A stretch of DNA of 63,845 nucleotides, filler included, from Octopus bimaculoides (lineage: Eukaryota): assembly GCF_001194135.2 (NCBI RefSeq). It is 4 parts of 4 records of this genome, joined end to end, with 100 filler letters (N's around TTAATTAATTAA, not from the genome) between each part and the next. Parts side by side here need not be neighbours in the genome. Positions count along the whole stretch, not along the records: positions 27,802 to 57,433 come from NC_069005.1; positions 57,534 to 62,595 come from NW_026350361.1; positions 62,696 to 63,845 come from NC_068986.1; 1 more part is not named here. One strand, 5' to 3'. The translations under genes and the position numbers were made by a program. Under the pieces are notes generated by a model. The model was not told the DNA's origin. It ran no database searches and worked only from the letters and a program-made list of their open reading frames with translations. Below, piece after piece: positions 50,736 through 63,599 of this stretch. How positions within the stretch are numbered: position 1 is the first letter of the stretch; each line of letters begins with the position of its first letter.

Positions 50736-51020
50736 AAAATGGTAAAGAACGAAAAAGAAAAAAGCCGGAAATGATGAAATGGTGTTTCTGAATTCTCAGG
50801 AACCATATTAGAGCAAAACCGTGCAAACTGAGATAAAAACTGCATGTGGTAACATGTACATACCTACACACTCCCTCTCTCTCTCTCCCTCTCTCTCTCT
50901 CCCTCTCTCTCTCTCTCTCTCCCTCTCTCTATCCCCCTTCTCTCTCCCTCTCTCTCCATCTTTCTCTCTAACACACCTACACACACGCATATATATATAT
51001 ATGCGTGTGTGCATGTTTGT

Positions 51021-51082
<62 letters not shown>

Positions 51083-51184
51083 GTTACCATATGCAGTTTT
51101 TATCTCAGTTTGCATGGTTTCGCTTTAACATGGTTCCTGAGTTTTCATAATTTCCGTCATTTCTTTTTCTTTCTCTTCCATTTT
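50736..51184. repeat. Inverted repeat pair (about 50736-50860 and 51077-51184) enclosing CT/GT/GA microsatellites
   Basis: CTCAGGAACCATATTAGAGCAAAACCGTGCAAACTGAGATAAAAACTGCATGTGGTAACATGTAC versus the reverse complement of GTACATGTTACCATATGCAGTTTTTATCTCAGTTTGCATGGTTTCGCTTTAACATGGTTCCTGAG. Confidence 0.9.
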
Positions 51185-51195
51185 CCCTTTCATTT

Positions 51196-51259
<64 letters not shown>

Positions 51260-51272
51260 AAGACAGACAGAC

Positions 51273-51330
<58 letters not shown>

Positions 51331-51490
51331 GCGGACAGACAGACAAACGGACTGACGGAGAGACAGACAGATAGATAGACAGACAGACAAACAGACTGAC
51401 GGGCAGACAGACTGATAGATGGAAAGACAGACAGAGAGAAAGATAGGTAGATAGATAGGTAGACAGACAGTCAGACAGACAGATAGATAC

Positions 51491-51642
51491 GACTGGATTT
51501 TTCAGTTTCCATGTACCACATTCACTGACAAGGCTTTTGTCGTCCAACGGCTATATAGTAGAGGACACTTGTCTAAGGGGACACAGTGAGACTGAACCCG
51601 GAATCATGGGGCTGGAAAACAAACATCTTATCATACAGCCAA
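51491..51642 (-). mobile_element. SINE family B, 5' half, diverged
   Basis: TTTCAGTTTCC..ACAAGGCTTT..GGCTATATAGTAGAGGACACTTG..GACTGAACCCGGAA. Confidence 0.7.
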
Positions 51643-52093
51643 TTCATTTCTTGCAGCGTTTTGCGGAGTGGACATTGGATTGTGAACTAATTAAATTTAC
51701 AAATAATAGAATGGAAATAATGGGTTAAAAACCCTTTCGGATAGAAATATTTCGAAGGTCGGCCATGGTACTCAAGCCCACATATTATGACGTCAACAAT
51801 AGGTGAGTGAATGTGAGTGTGTGTAATATCTTAAGACTTGCGCTACGCAATGTGTTTGGTTGGAAATGACGTCAGTAGTATGAGAAACGCAACCGGAAGT
51901 CTCCACAGACAAGAACGAAAAATCAATTTATTCTAATTAATAGACATTTGTACGTATGTATGTGTCTATGTAAGAATATATAAATGTATGTATGTATGTA
52001 TGTATGTATGTATACATGCGTGCATGTGTACATGTCCGTGTTTATGTGTTTATGCATATATGTATGTATGTATGTATGTGCGTACGTATGTGC

Positions 52094-52415
52094 GAAGGCG
52101 TGTGGCTTAGTGGTCAGGGTATTTGACTCACAATCGTAAGGTCGTGAGTTCGATTTCCGGCGGCACGTTGTGTCCTTGAGCAAGAAACTTTATTTCACGT
52201 TGCTCCGATCCACTCAACTGGCAAAAATGATTAGTACGTGCAATTCAAAGGGCCAGCTATGTCACATTCTGTGTCACGCTGAATCTCCTTGAGAACTACG
52301 TTCAAGATACTTGTGTCTGTGGAGAACTCAGCCATTTGCACGTTAATTTCACGAGTGGGCTCTTACGTTGATCGGATCAACTGGAATCCGCGTCGCCATA
52401 ACCGACTGTGTGCCA
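52094..52415 (+). mobile_element. SINE family C, full length
   Basis: GAAGGCGTGTGGCTTAGTGGTCAGGG..GAGTTCGATTTCC..GTCCTTGAGCAAGAAACTTTATTTCACGTTGCTCC..GCACGTTAATTTCACGAG. Confidence 0.9.
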
Positions 52416-52435
52416 GGCATGTATGTATGTATGTT

Positions 52436-52680
52436 GTGAAGGTGCATGGCTCAGTGGTTAGAGAGTCGAACTTACGACCGTGAGGTACTGACGAATCCCA
52501 GACGGACCAGGCTGCGTGTTGTGTTCTTGAGCAGGTCACTTTATTTCACGTTGCTCCAGTTCACTCAGCTGTAGAAATGAGTTGTAATGTCACTGGTGCC
52601 AAGCTGTGTCGGCCTTTGCCGTTCACTTGGACAATATCGGCAGCGTGGAGAGGGGCGCGCGCAGTCTTCCCTCGGATGGG
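52436..52680 (+). mobile_element. SINE family C with alternative tail, in tandem with previous copy
   Basis: GAAGGTGCATGGCTCAGTGGTTAG..GTTCTTGAGCAGGTCACTTTATTTCACGTTGCTCCAGT..GGTGCCAAGCTG. Confidence 0.85.
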
Positions 52681-53616
52681 GAAATGCAATACATAATTAT
52701 TCGTGACCGAAGTGAGTCTTTGTTTTGTGTGCGTGTGCGTGTGTGTATATATTTATTTATTTATGTGTTTCAGCCAATAATAAATAACTCGGACAAAATA
52801 AATTGGTTAATAGATACCAGGGTAGCAAAGATCACAAAATGACTGTGGTGTAACTCNNNNNNNNNNNNNNNNNNNNNNNNNNNNNNNNNNNNNNNNNNNN
52901 NNNNNNNNNNNNNNNNNNNNNNNNNNNNNNNNNNNNNNNNNNNNNNNNNNNNNNNNNNNNNNNNNNNNNNNNNNNNNNNNNNNNNNNNNNNNNNNNNNNN
53001 NNNNNNNNNNNNNNNNNNNNNNNNNNNNNNNNNNNNNNNNNNNNNNNNNNNNNNNNNNNNNNNNNNNNNNNNNNNNNNNNNNNNNNNNNNNNNNNNNNNN
53101 NNNNNNNNNNNNNNNNNNNNNNNNNNNNNNNNNNNNNNNNNNNNNNNNNNNNNNNNNNNNNNNNNNNNNNNNNNNNNNNNNNNNNNNNNNNNNNNNNNNN
53201 NNNNNNNNNNNNNNNNNNNNNNNNNNNNNNNNNNNNNNNNNNNNNNNNNNNNNNNNNNNNNNNNNNNNNNNNNNNNNNNNNNNNNNNNNNNNNNNNNNNN
53301 NNNNNNNNNNNNNNNNNNNNNNNNNNNNNNNNNNNNNNNNNNNNNTTTTGCAAAAATGTTACAGGTGTTAAAAGTTTGATAATTTTCAGAATTTTCAGCC
53401 AATCATAAAACAGCGCGTTTGCTGTCTCTTCCATCATCAGGGGTGGCGGGGGGCATCGGCTTGTCAAAACATTAAACTACAGACAGTAAACTGAAAAAGA
53501 TGAAAATATTCGCGAGCAAATTAAATATTTAAAAACTACTAGCAGATACTAGAAATAACAGTCTAAACCTTTTTCGTTGTTGTTGTTGTTGCTGTTATTA
53601 TTATTATTATTATTAT

Positions 53617-53657
<41 letters not shown>

Positions 53658-54325
53658 TTCAGGTCACTGCCTGGGATCGAACTCGGAATTTATATATAAA
53701 GTATATAAAAATATGTAAAAGATAAAATGTTATAAAAATTATAATTTTAATAACATTTTACCTTGTACATATTTTTATATACTTTATAATTTTTTACAAT
53801 TTCAAGTTTTTAAATTTTCATATCTGAATACACTTCTTTATATATTTTAAATCATTTTTAATCATTTACCTTCTATTTAATACCTAATATTTAATATGTC
53901 TTATCGTTACCCTCCCGTAATTAGTACATATGCTCAAAAAACTTTTTGTTTATATTTTATTGGTATCTCTGTTATAAATTTCATATATCTTCCTTTTTAC
54001 CCTAATATTATTTATACACTCTATATTTCTTTAAAATTTTAATTTCCTTATTTTATATCTTACTGCATCTCTTTTTCTTATAATTTTAAATATCGTTTAA
54101 TTATTTACCTATATTTAATTCTTAATCTCTCTTTTTGCTATAATATTATAACCCTGCTTAGTTGTAGTAAGTTCCTTTTATTCCCACGCAATGATTCCCA
54201 ATCATGGTTTAGAGCTTTGCCTCCATAACCCTTAACCCATTATCCTTCAAAATCTTCCTCTAATAATATTATGGCTAGGCTTTAAAAGGACGCATAAATA
54301 AATAATAAAATACACACATAAAATT

Positions 54326-54704
54326 GTTGGCACTCCGTCGCTTACGACGTCGAGGGTTCCAGTTGATCCGATCAACGGAACAGCCTGCTCGTGAAATTAA
54401 CGTGCAAGTGGCTGAGCACTCCACAGACAAGTGTACCCTTAACGTAGTTCTCGGGGATATTCAGCATGACACAGTGTGACAAGGCTGACCCTTTGAATTA
54501 CAGGTATAACAGAAACAGGAAGTAAGAGTGAGAGAAAGTTGTGGTGAAAGGGTACAGCAGGGTTCGCCACCATCCCCTGCCGGAGCCTCGTGGAGCTTTT
54601 AGGTGTTTTCGCTCAATAAACACTCACAACGCGCGGTCTGGGAATCGAAACCGCGATCCTATGACCGCGAGTCCGCTGCCCTAACCACTGGGCCATTGTG
54701 CCTC

Positions 54705-54707
<3 letters not shown>
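54326..54707 (-). mobile_element. tRNA-derived SINE sharing the family-C tail but with a different body; little decayed
   Basis: Minus-strand head GTGGAGGCACAATGGCCCAGTGGTTAGGG..GGTTTCGATTCCC. The tail ACGGAACAGCCTGCTCGTGAAATTAACGTGCAAGTGGCTGAGCACTCC is shared with 42700 and 52330. Confidence 0.9.
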
Positions 54708-54748
<41 letters not shown>

Positions 54749-56162
54749 GACACACAAATAAAGACATATCAAAGAGTGAGTCTAAAAGGAATATAGATAT
54801 ATAAATTCAGTAAACGCAAGTATAAACACATACATCAAAAGAGGACAACACTAAATAATGGCCAGTCAGAGTCACTTATCAATATCCATTATCTCACTGG
54901 ACATCCGCTTCTTTCCTCTGTACAGCGGCTATAAGCTTTACGCATGCGCGCAGACATAGCAAGATTATTGTGTTCGATAGGCATATAAGTTGTGTACTGA
55001 AAAGCCACGTTAGATATTCACCTATCTAACCTGATACTCCAGCGGATTCAATGCTAATTGGAGTTGAGTGAATAAAAATCTTCTAATTAGTAGAGATAAT
55101 TAGAAAAAATATAATACACTAATTAAATGCAGCAATATATCATTACTGTATATAAATCGATAGTTCATTATGTAAAACTTGTATATGTATGTGTTTGTGT
55201 ATGTGTGTGTGTGTGCGTATGTGTGTATATAATATTATATTATATATCATATATATTACATGTATATACATATATGTATATATGTATATATATATATATN
55301 NNNNNNNNNNNNNNNNNNNNNNNNNNNNNNNNNNNNNNNNNNNNNNNNNNNNNNNNNNNNNNNNNNNNNNNNNNNNNNNNNNNNNNNNNNNNNNNNNNNN
55401 NNNNNNNNNNNNNNNNNNNNNNNNNNNNNNNNNNNNNNNNNNNNNNNNNNNNNNNNNNNNNNNNNNNNNNNNNNNNNNNNNNNNNNNNNNNNNNNNNNNN
55501 NNNNNNNNNNNNNNNNNNNNNNNNNNNNNNNNNNNNNNNNNNNNNNNNNNNNNNNNNNNNNNNNNNNNNNNNNNNNNNNNNNNNNNNNNNNNNNNGTGTG
55601 TGTGTGTTTGTGTGTGTATACATATATATACATACAGATATATATGTCTATATGTATATGTATATAGATAGATAAATACGTACATACAGATATATATATA
55701 TATATATATATGTCTATATATGTATGTCTATATATATATGTCTATATATATATGTATATAGATAGATAGATACGTACATACATACATACATACATACATA
55801 CATACATACATACATGCATACATGCATGCATACATACATACATAGGCAAATGAATGATAACAAAAGACGAAATTCAAAATCAAATGCAACAAACGTCCCA
55901 GGGGTGTTCACGGTTAATATGATTAATTTGACCCCCGAAGGAAAAAGTTATAAAGTTAAATATAAGATTATAAGTATAATGTGTCCGACATAGCCATTCG
56001 TCAGTTATTCAGATAAAAGTTCCGCAGAAGAGGTGTACGAATGGAAGAGAAGAGAAAGTAAGAGAGAGCCGGGGAAAAGAAATAAGCACACGTGAGTACG
56101 TCGCATGCTCGATAGCAGACTAACCGGAAGCGGAGAAGTGGTTGTGTTTTTAAAATGACCAA

Positions 56163-56532
56163 AAGTGGCTGTATGGTAAGTAACTTGCTTACCAACCTCA
56201 TAGTTCTAGGTTCAGTCCCACTGAGTGTGTGTTTGGGCAAGTGTCTTCTACTATAGCCTCGGGCCGACCAAAGCCTTGAGAGTGGATTTGATAGACGAAA
56301 ACTGAAAGAAGCCCCTCGTATATAATATATATATGTGTGTGTGTTTGAGTGTCTGTGTTTGTCCCCACCGCCATCGCTTGACAACCGATGGTGGTGTGTT
56401 CACGTCCCCGTAAATTAGCGGTTCGTCAAAAAGAGACCGATAGAATAAGTCCTGGGGTCGATTTGTTCGACTACAGGTGGTGCCCCAGCATGGCCACAGT
56501 CAAATGATTGAAACAAAGAAAAGTAAGAATAA
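56163..56532 (+). mobile_element. SINE family B, full length
   Basis: AGTGGCTGTATGGTAAGTAACTTGCTTACC..GGTTCAGTCCC..TTGGGCAAGTGTCTTCTACTATAGCC..CAGTCAAATGATTGAAACAA. Confidence 0.92.
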
Positions 56533-57533
56533 AGGATAGTACATATTCGTGTGTGTATATGTGTATATGTTTGTTTGTGTTTGTGTGTGTGTGTGAGTGT
56601 GTGAATGTCTGCGTATATGTGTGTGTATGTGCGTGTGAATATGTGATTGGAGAGATTAGCGAGTACGTGTGAAGGTATCTGTGCACATAGTGTGTATGTG
56701 TACGTCTATGTCTGTGTGTTAGCGTGTGAGGTAGTGCTAGGCTGACATACGTTTGTGTAGTATCTGATATACAGATCGTGGTGCATAATTAATATTTTAA
56801 TCTCCATACGTTCTATTTTTGTAAGAAAGAACCGTTCCCAAGAGAAACTGAATTATTTTTCAAATAGCTTGCTATAGATATCCATTGATAATTTTAACAC
56901 AGTACGAAAACAAAAAATGTAAAATATTTTACGTTTTTCACTATATTCTTAGGCGTGTTTCATTAATGAAAATGTGCCTCATGCAAAATATAATTTTACA
57001 TCATCAGATCATCAGAAATTTCATAACAAACAAAAAATGATCTCTAGTTATTTTATTGTAGTTTTGATAGAAACAACAATCCTGCAGAATTTTGCTTCTG
57101 TGAGAGGAGTTGAATTCTGTAAAACTGTGAAACAGATATAATTATAAAGATTTTGGATGAGTTTTTTCGGTGATACACAATCTTTAATGATCTGATGTAA
57201 TACTTTGCACACCAAACACTTACATTAAAGAAATACATCTACGTATTAAACAAATGTAAAAACGTCTCCCCATTTTTCATATATGTTTATATACATACAT
57301 ACAGACAGACATATATACGTACACACATATATATACACATATATATATAATATATGCATCTATGTATATATACTTATGCATGTATGCACTCACACACACG
57401 CATATATATGTGAGTATATATATATATATATATNNNNNNNNNNNNNNNNNNNNNNNNNNNNNNNNNNNNNNNNNNNNTTAATTAATTAANNNNNNNNNNN
57501 NNNNNNNNNNNNNNNNNNNNNNNNNNNNNNNNN

Positions 57534-57770
57534 TTAGGGGTGATGTGGTTGCAGAAATTATCTGACAGCCATGACTGGGTTCTGCTTGTGTTGCATGGTA
57601 CAGTGTCCTGTTGCTAGACATAGGGTCTTCCAGAAGCCACTCTGTTGACCCAGAGCAGCACTACTTCCTCCAGGCACTGAAATGTTCGTATAAGAGCTCC
57701 CGGCATGAATGCCAAACAGTAAAACGTGTCGTTTCGAAATTTCTGGTAGAGTGAATTGCATCATGGGACT
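57534..57770 (-). mobile_element. DD37D (maT)-like transposase fragment, cut by scaffold join
   Basis: Minus frame: FQCLEEVVLLWVNRVASGRPYV*QQDTVPCNTSRTQSWLSDNFCNHITP. Confidence 0.8.
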
Positions 57771-57866
57771 GTATAGAGGAGAAAATCAAAAAACAAAAAA
57801 CAAACAATGCACACTCGTGCAATAAAAAAATATGTAATGGTGACAATTTACTCATCGCACCCTATA

Positions 57867-58268
57867 TTCTTTTATTCTTTTACTTGTTTCAGTCATTTTG
57901 ACTGCGGCCATGCTGGAGCACCGCCCTCAGTTGAGCAAATCGACCCCAGGACTTATTTTTTGTAAGCGTAGTACTTATTTTATCGGTCTCTTTTTCCGAA
58001 CCGCTAAGTTACAGGGACGTAAACACACCAACATCGGTTGTCATGCGATGTTGGGGCCACAGACACACACACACACACACACACATTTATATATACATAT
58101 ATATACAACGGGCTTCTTCCAGTTTCCGTCTACCAAATCCACTGACAAGGCTTTGGTCGGCCCGAGGCTATAGTAGAAGACACTTGCCCAACGTGCCACG
58201 CAGTGGGACTGAACCCGGAACCATGTGGTTGGTAAGCAAGCTACCTACTACACATCCACTCCTGCGCC
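57867..58268 (-). mobile_element. SINE family B, full length
   Basis: Minus strand begins GGCGCAGGAGTGGATGTGTAGTAGG..GGTTCAGTCCC, has a central (CA)n and ends with the tail CAGTCAAAATGACTGAAACAAGTAAAAGA. Confidence 0.95.
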
Positions 58269-58520
58269 TATATATATATGCACACACAGACACATACACA
58301 TACATACATACATACATACATATGTATATACATACATACGTACGTACATACACGTATGTTACACATAGCTGTTTCTTACAGACTTGTTCCCTTGCTTTAC
58401 CGGAAAATCCTAGAATATTCCATGGTCGTAACATGATTAACCTTGACGGACACATGCGTTAAATAAATAATGGCTACCCATTTCCCATCAGCTACTTTAA
58501 TTTACTCCCGATTCCACCCG

Positions 58521-58622
58521 TTTCTTCTTCTTCTTCTTCTTCTTCTTCTTCTTCTTCTTCTTCTTCTTCTTCTTCTTCTTCTTCTTCTTCTTCTTCTTCT
58601 TCTTCTTCTTCTTCTTCTTCTT

Positions 58623-58652
<30 letters not shown>
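58521..58652. repeat. (TTC)n microsatellite
   Basis: Pure run of about 44 units. Confidence 0.95.
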
Positions 58653-58653
<1 letters not shown>

Positions 58654-58671
58654 TTGTTATTATTATCATTA

Positions 58672-58880
58672 AGGTGTGAAGCTAGCAGATTCGTTAGCAC
58701 GCCGGGTAAAACGTGTAGCGGCATTTCGTCAATGTTGACGCTCTGAGTTCAAACTCCACCGGGGTCCATTTAGCCCTTTATCCTTTCGGAGATCGATAAA
58801 ACAAGTACCAGATGAGCACTTGGGTTGACTTAACCCCCTCCATCAAAATTACAGGCCTTGTACCAAAATGTGAAACCATT
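58672..58880 (+). mobile_element. SINE family A, diverged
   Basis: AAGGTGTGAAGCTAGCAGATTCGTTAGC..GAGTTCAAACTCC..CCTTTATCCTTTCGGAGATCGATAAAACAAGTACCAG. Confidence 0.8.
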
Positions 58881-59199
58881 ATTATTGATTATTTCTACGT
58901 GTTATTGTGTATTATATTTCTTGTTGTTGTCTTTTTTTTGTTTTTTCTTTTCTTTTGTGTTCATCGAAAACAAAAAGTACGAAAGCTTCAACGTTCATCG
59001 ATGACTATCTATCAATCTATTCGTTAGTTCGTTTCCTTTATATTCTAAATCGAATTATTTTAAGCATTATTCTAACATTTACACAAATTTATTTATTTCT
59101 CAGTTGTACCCAGGAATATTCGAGAAAGAAATTCATTTATATTTACATATGCATACATACATATATATGTCTAAATGTGTGTGTATGAACATATACATA

Positions 59200-59256
<57 letters not shown>

Positions 59257-59644
59257 ATATGTATATAAATATGTATATATATACATATATGTATATATAT
59301 TTATATATATATTTATTTATATATATATGTATGTATATGTTTACCTAATTGATTATTTAAGAGGCGTTGCATGCAATGAGAAGCCATTTCTCTTCTCTCT
59401 CTCACACACACAGACGCACGCACACGCACACACATACACACAGAGACATATATATATATATATGTACATATTTAATATATTAAAAAATAGGGTAAAAAAA
59501 TCATATATTTGTACATATACATATATATATATACATACATATATATATATATATATATAATGAAACCTAAAGGTAATCAATATTATATACACAAGATAAA
59601 CATTAACTGGTATTAGTTGTTGTTGATCTTCTTCTTGTTGTTAC

Positions 59645-59651
59645 TATTATG

Positions 59652-59749
<98 letters not shown>

Positions 59750-59778
59750 TGTTATTATCATTATTATATTGTTGTTAC

Positions 59779-59835
<57 letters not shown>
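59645..59835. repeat. (TAT)n-(CAT)n-(TAT)n compound microsatellite
   Basis: Direct inspection. Confidence 0.9.
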
Positions 59836-59836
<1 letters not shown>

Positions 59837-60264
59837 GTTATGTTGCCGGCGTTGTTATTATTCAACATTTTTTTAATGAACGAAAAAAAAGCAAGCAGAA
59901 GAGCGTTGTTAATTCCGTGTTAGCCATGATCTTATTGACGACATTTTGAGAAAGGAAAAAAAATATATATTCATGGAAACAAACATGGCGTTTTCAAAGA
60001 TACAAGCAGAGCGAACATAACTCTCGGATATACAAGCATAAGAAAGAATACACTATGCATACATAAGAGTAGACACTTAACAGACACATAGATATGCAGG
60101 CATACATATATCTGTGGCTGTGTGGTAAGAGGTTTTCTGTTCAACCACATGGTTCTCGGTTCAGTCTCAATGCGTAGCACTTCGGGCAAGTGTCTTCTAC
60201 TGTAACCCCGAGCCGAACAACTCCTTGTGGGGGAATTTGGCAGACGGAAACTGTGTGGAAGGAA

Positions 60265-60317
<53 letters not shown>

Positions 60318-60419
60318 TAGAAAAAACAATAAGGTACTCAGAGATCTGGGTGGTTGTACATTTAAAGATTTTTATTAATATGTCACATGTTTTTATAAAT
60401 CATATATATTAGCGCTTGC

Positions 60420-60473
60420 ATCTACTCTAATAGATTCTTCAGATTTAAATCTGAAGAATCTATTAGAGTAGAT
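60420..60473. repeat. Perfect 54-bp palindrome
   Basis: ATCTACTCTAATAGATTCTTCAGATTT|AAATCTGAAGAATCTATTAGAGTAGAT. Confidence 0.97.
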
Positions 60474-60637
60474 ACAAACCTGGCACCGGTGACGTCTTGC
60501 AACTCATTTCTACAGCTAAGTGAACGTGAAATAAAGTTTCTTGCACAAGAACGCAACACACGTCCTGGTTCTGGAATCGAACTCATTACCTCCCAACTGT
60601 GAGCCCGACGCTCCAACCACTGAGTCATGTGCCTCTA
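60474..60637 (-). mobile_element. SINE family C, 3'-truncated at the palindrome
   Basis: Minus-strand head AGAGGCACATGACTCAGTGGTTGG..GAGTTCGATTCC, core GTTCTTGTGCAAGAAACTTTATTTCACG. Confidence 0.85.
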
Positions 60638-61330
60638 CATATATATGTGTGTATGTGTGTGTGTGTATGTGCATGAGTATGTCTTTGTGTTTGAGTTTGT
60701 CCCACACATCGGTTAACAGCCGGTGTTGGCCTGCTTACGTTCCGGTTCGGCTTAAGATGACAGAATAAGTGCCAGACTAAAAAACAAAAAACAAAAACCA
60801 AAAAACAAGACAGAAACAAAATGTATTGGGGTAGATTTTTTTCGACTTAAACACTTTAAGGTGGTGCTCCAGCATGGCCGCCGTCCAATGACTGAAAGAA
60901 GTAAATGATACATGTTGAATAAATAGAATACCTCAATGAAAACCACCAGCAACCAACAACAGAGAACACAAAAAAGCGATTGTGACAAGAAACATTACGC
61001 CAAAACCATTTAACCATACGATCGGACATTTTTTCTCAATACTTAACGGCCATTTTGCTACAAGTTCCTCCTCTCCAATTAGAGAACACAATGACAAGGG
61101 TATTTAATAAGTGTATCGTGTTATTAAAGAATGCTACGAAGTGGTTTTTCTTTCTTTTTTTTTTTTCGTTTTTTTTCTTTTTCGCAGAGTTTGCAGGGTT
61201 AAACAAACGACAGACGTCACCTCATTCGATCTTTTCAACAGAAAAAACACGTTTCTGTAATTTAAACTCAGTTCTAGTTCATTGGTCCAATTATATTCTT
61301 AACCATACGAAATGAATAACTGCCAAATGA

Positions 61331-61385
<55 letters not shown>

Positions 61386-61561
61386 GCTTCATATGTACGT
61401 ATATATCTAAATTGTATGCATATACGCACACATACAACGCAAATACAAACGCACATATGTGCGTCGCCTCTCTCTACACAAACACATATAAATGAATATA
61501 CATACATGTGTATGTGTGTGCATCTGTTTTATATGTACATATGAATACAATATATGTATAT

Positions 61562-61600
<39 letters not shown>

Positions 61601-61970
61601 TATATATATGTTTATATATATACATGTGTACATACATATGTTTACCCGCCTCCTTTTTCTTTCTTCTTTCTCCCTCTCTTGTTATGTTTATGTATGCATA
61701 TATGTATGTATGTATGTGTATATATGTTTATGTACACAACTACACAGACACACAGTCACACACACACACACGCGCACGGATGCACGCAAACGCACATATA
61801 CACATACACATGTGTGTGCGTCACTTTTTGTGTGTATTCTGAGTCGTCTGAATATATTTTTACATACATTCACACGCACACACGCTCATATACATACATA
61901 AATATGCGTATATATATATATATATATATATACATATGTATGTATGTGCATCTATCTATCTACCTATCTA

Positions 61971-62009
<39 letters not shown>

Positions 62010-62019
62010 NNNNNNNNNN

Positions 62020-62057
<38 letters not shown>

Positions 62058-63599
62058 GTATTTCTGTGTGTATGTATCCACCCGAAATTGTATGTTTTAC
62101 TACATTCATTATTACGATTATGAGGATTTTTGACATCAGCGTCATCACTACCACTACTACCATCAGCATCATCATCACCATCGTCACATAACTATTGTCA
62201 CCGCTAACACCATCAGCACCATCACCACCACCGTCATCACCACCACCATCATCTCGATCATCATAATCACATTCAGTCAATTTTCTAATCAAAAACAGAA
62301 CATCTCTTTTTTGCTCAACGCTCGCACGCGCACCTGTGAGTCTATATGTGTAAGCTTGTTTGTGTGAACATATGTGTGTGTGTGTTTCTCTGTGTGTGTG
62401 TGTGTGTGTGTACAAGCGAGGTAATCTGATGTAGCAACATAAACATAATGCAATCTAGGTGATAGGGTACAACGGGGTGATAGGTGGGGGTGATGTATGG
62501 GGGCCTTTATTGCGAGTAATGGTGGGTGGGGTGAGAGATGAGGGGGAGAAGCATTAGCAATCGTAAGAGATTGCGTAGAGAAAAACTTAGTCGGTNNNNN
62601 NNNNNNNNNNNNNNNNNNNNNNNNNNNNNNNNNNNNNNNTTAATTAATTAANNNNNNNNNNNNNNNNNNNNNNNNNNNNNNNNNNNNNNNNNNNNGAAAT
62701 AGACAGATACATACATACATGCATACATACATACATACATAGATGATTAGAAGATTCTGCTTTCATTCAATATCAACATTTCACGTGTATGGCAATTACT
62801 AAACATCATTTCATCTATTCTCAGTATTTCGGTCATGCCAGCGGAGGTTTATTACTTTAACGCAGCAATCATTTAAAAATCGATTATCTAAACTAGCAAA
62901 ATATTATAAGCAACCGTCCAAAACATGGTTGCAATTGAGCAGATACACAAAAATGTATCTCTTATCTCAATGTACTCGGTGTATGTTGTATTTTAGATTC
63001 TTTTTCTGATTAATCACATTCTATTCACGTCGAGACGGAGTTGAAACTAACCTTATGCGCAGCTAAAATATGGGGGAGGCCCAGGTGTAATGGAACACAA
63101 GTGGTGTAGAATGACGATCAAAGCATTTAGAGAATAACAGCCTCTAATATCGCCTTATGTCTGAGATGTAAACGGACCACTTTGTTTACTTTTAAACTAT
63201 ACGCCCTGGCTTTGTTTTTTTTTTAGTTCAGTCACATGAATTTGCTGCTTCTGAAAGTAGGTAATAATTAACCAACCAAGCAATAGCTTTTCGGTAGTGT
63301 TTCCAAAAAACACATCCTACTGGAACATTAATTCGGCATTACGAAATTGTTCTTTCAAAATGCGATACAATTGAATCACTACAGAAAACGTGATTCCTAG
63401 GAAACAACATGACACAAAATCTGTATATGAAACGGCTCACCAAATTATACAACAAGGCAGGGATTCATAATTCCCTACAAAACGTAGGTACACCATCTGC
63501 CTAGGAACCGTTACATAGTGTAACTCTATTGCTTGCTCTTTTGGATTAATCTTAACCATACGACAGTGTCTATTGTATGGGAACATATGCGATAATGCC

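Larger units (their letters stand above)
60114..60905 (+). mobile_element. SINE family B split by an approximately 400-bp insert (5' half 60114-60268, 3' half about 60678-60905)
   Basis: Both halves are recognisable. The insert holds (TA)n, a 54-bp palindrome and a family-C SINE. Confidence 0.75.

Noticed and set aside
54326-54707. tRNA-like heads of SINEs as tRNA genes
   Set aside because: A and B boxes are present, but there is no full cloverleaf or acceptor stem and they continue into repeat bodies.
54935-54955. ACGCATGCGCGCA as an NRF1-like promoter motif for the minus-strand gene
   Set aside because: A single short motif 26 kb from the exon, with no CpG island or TSS evidence.
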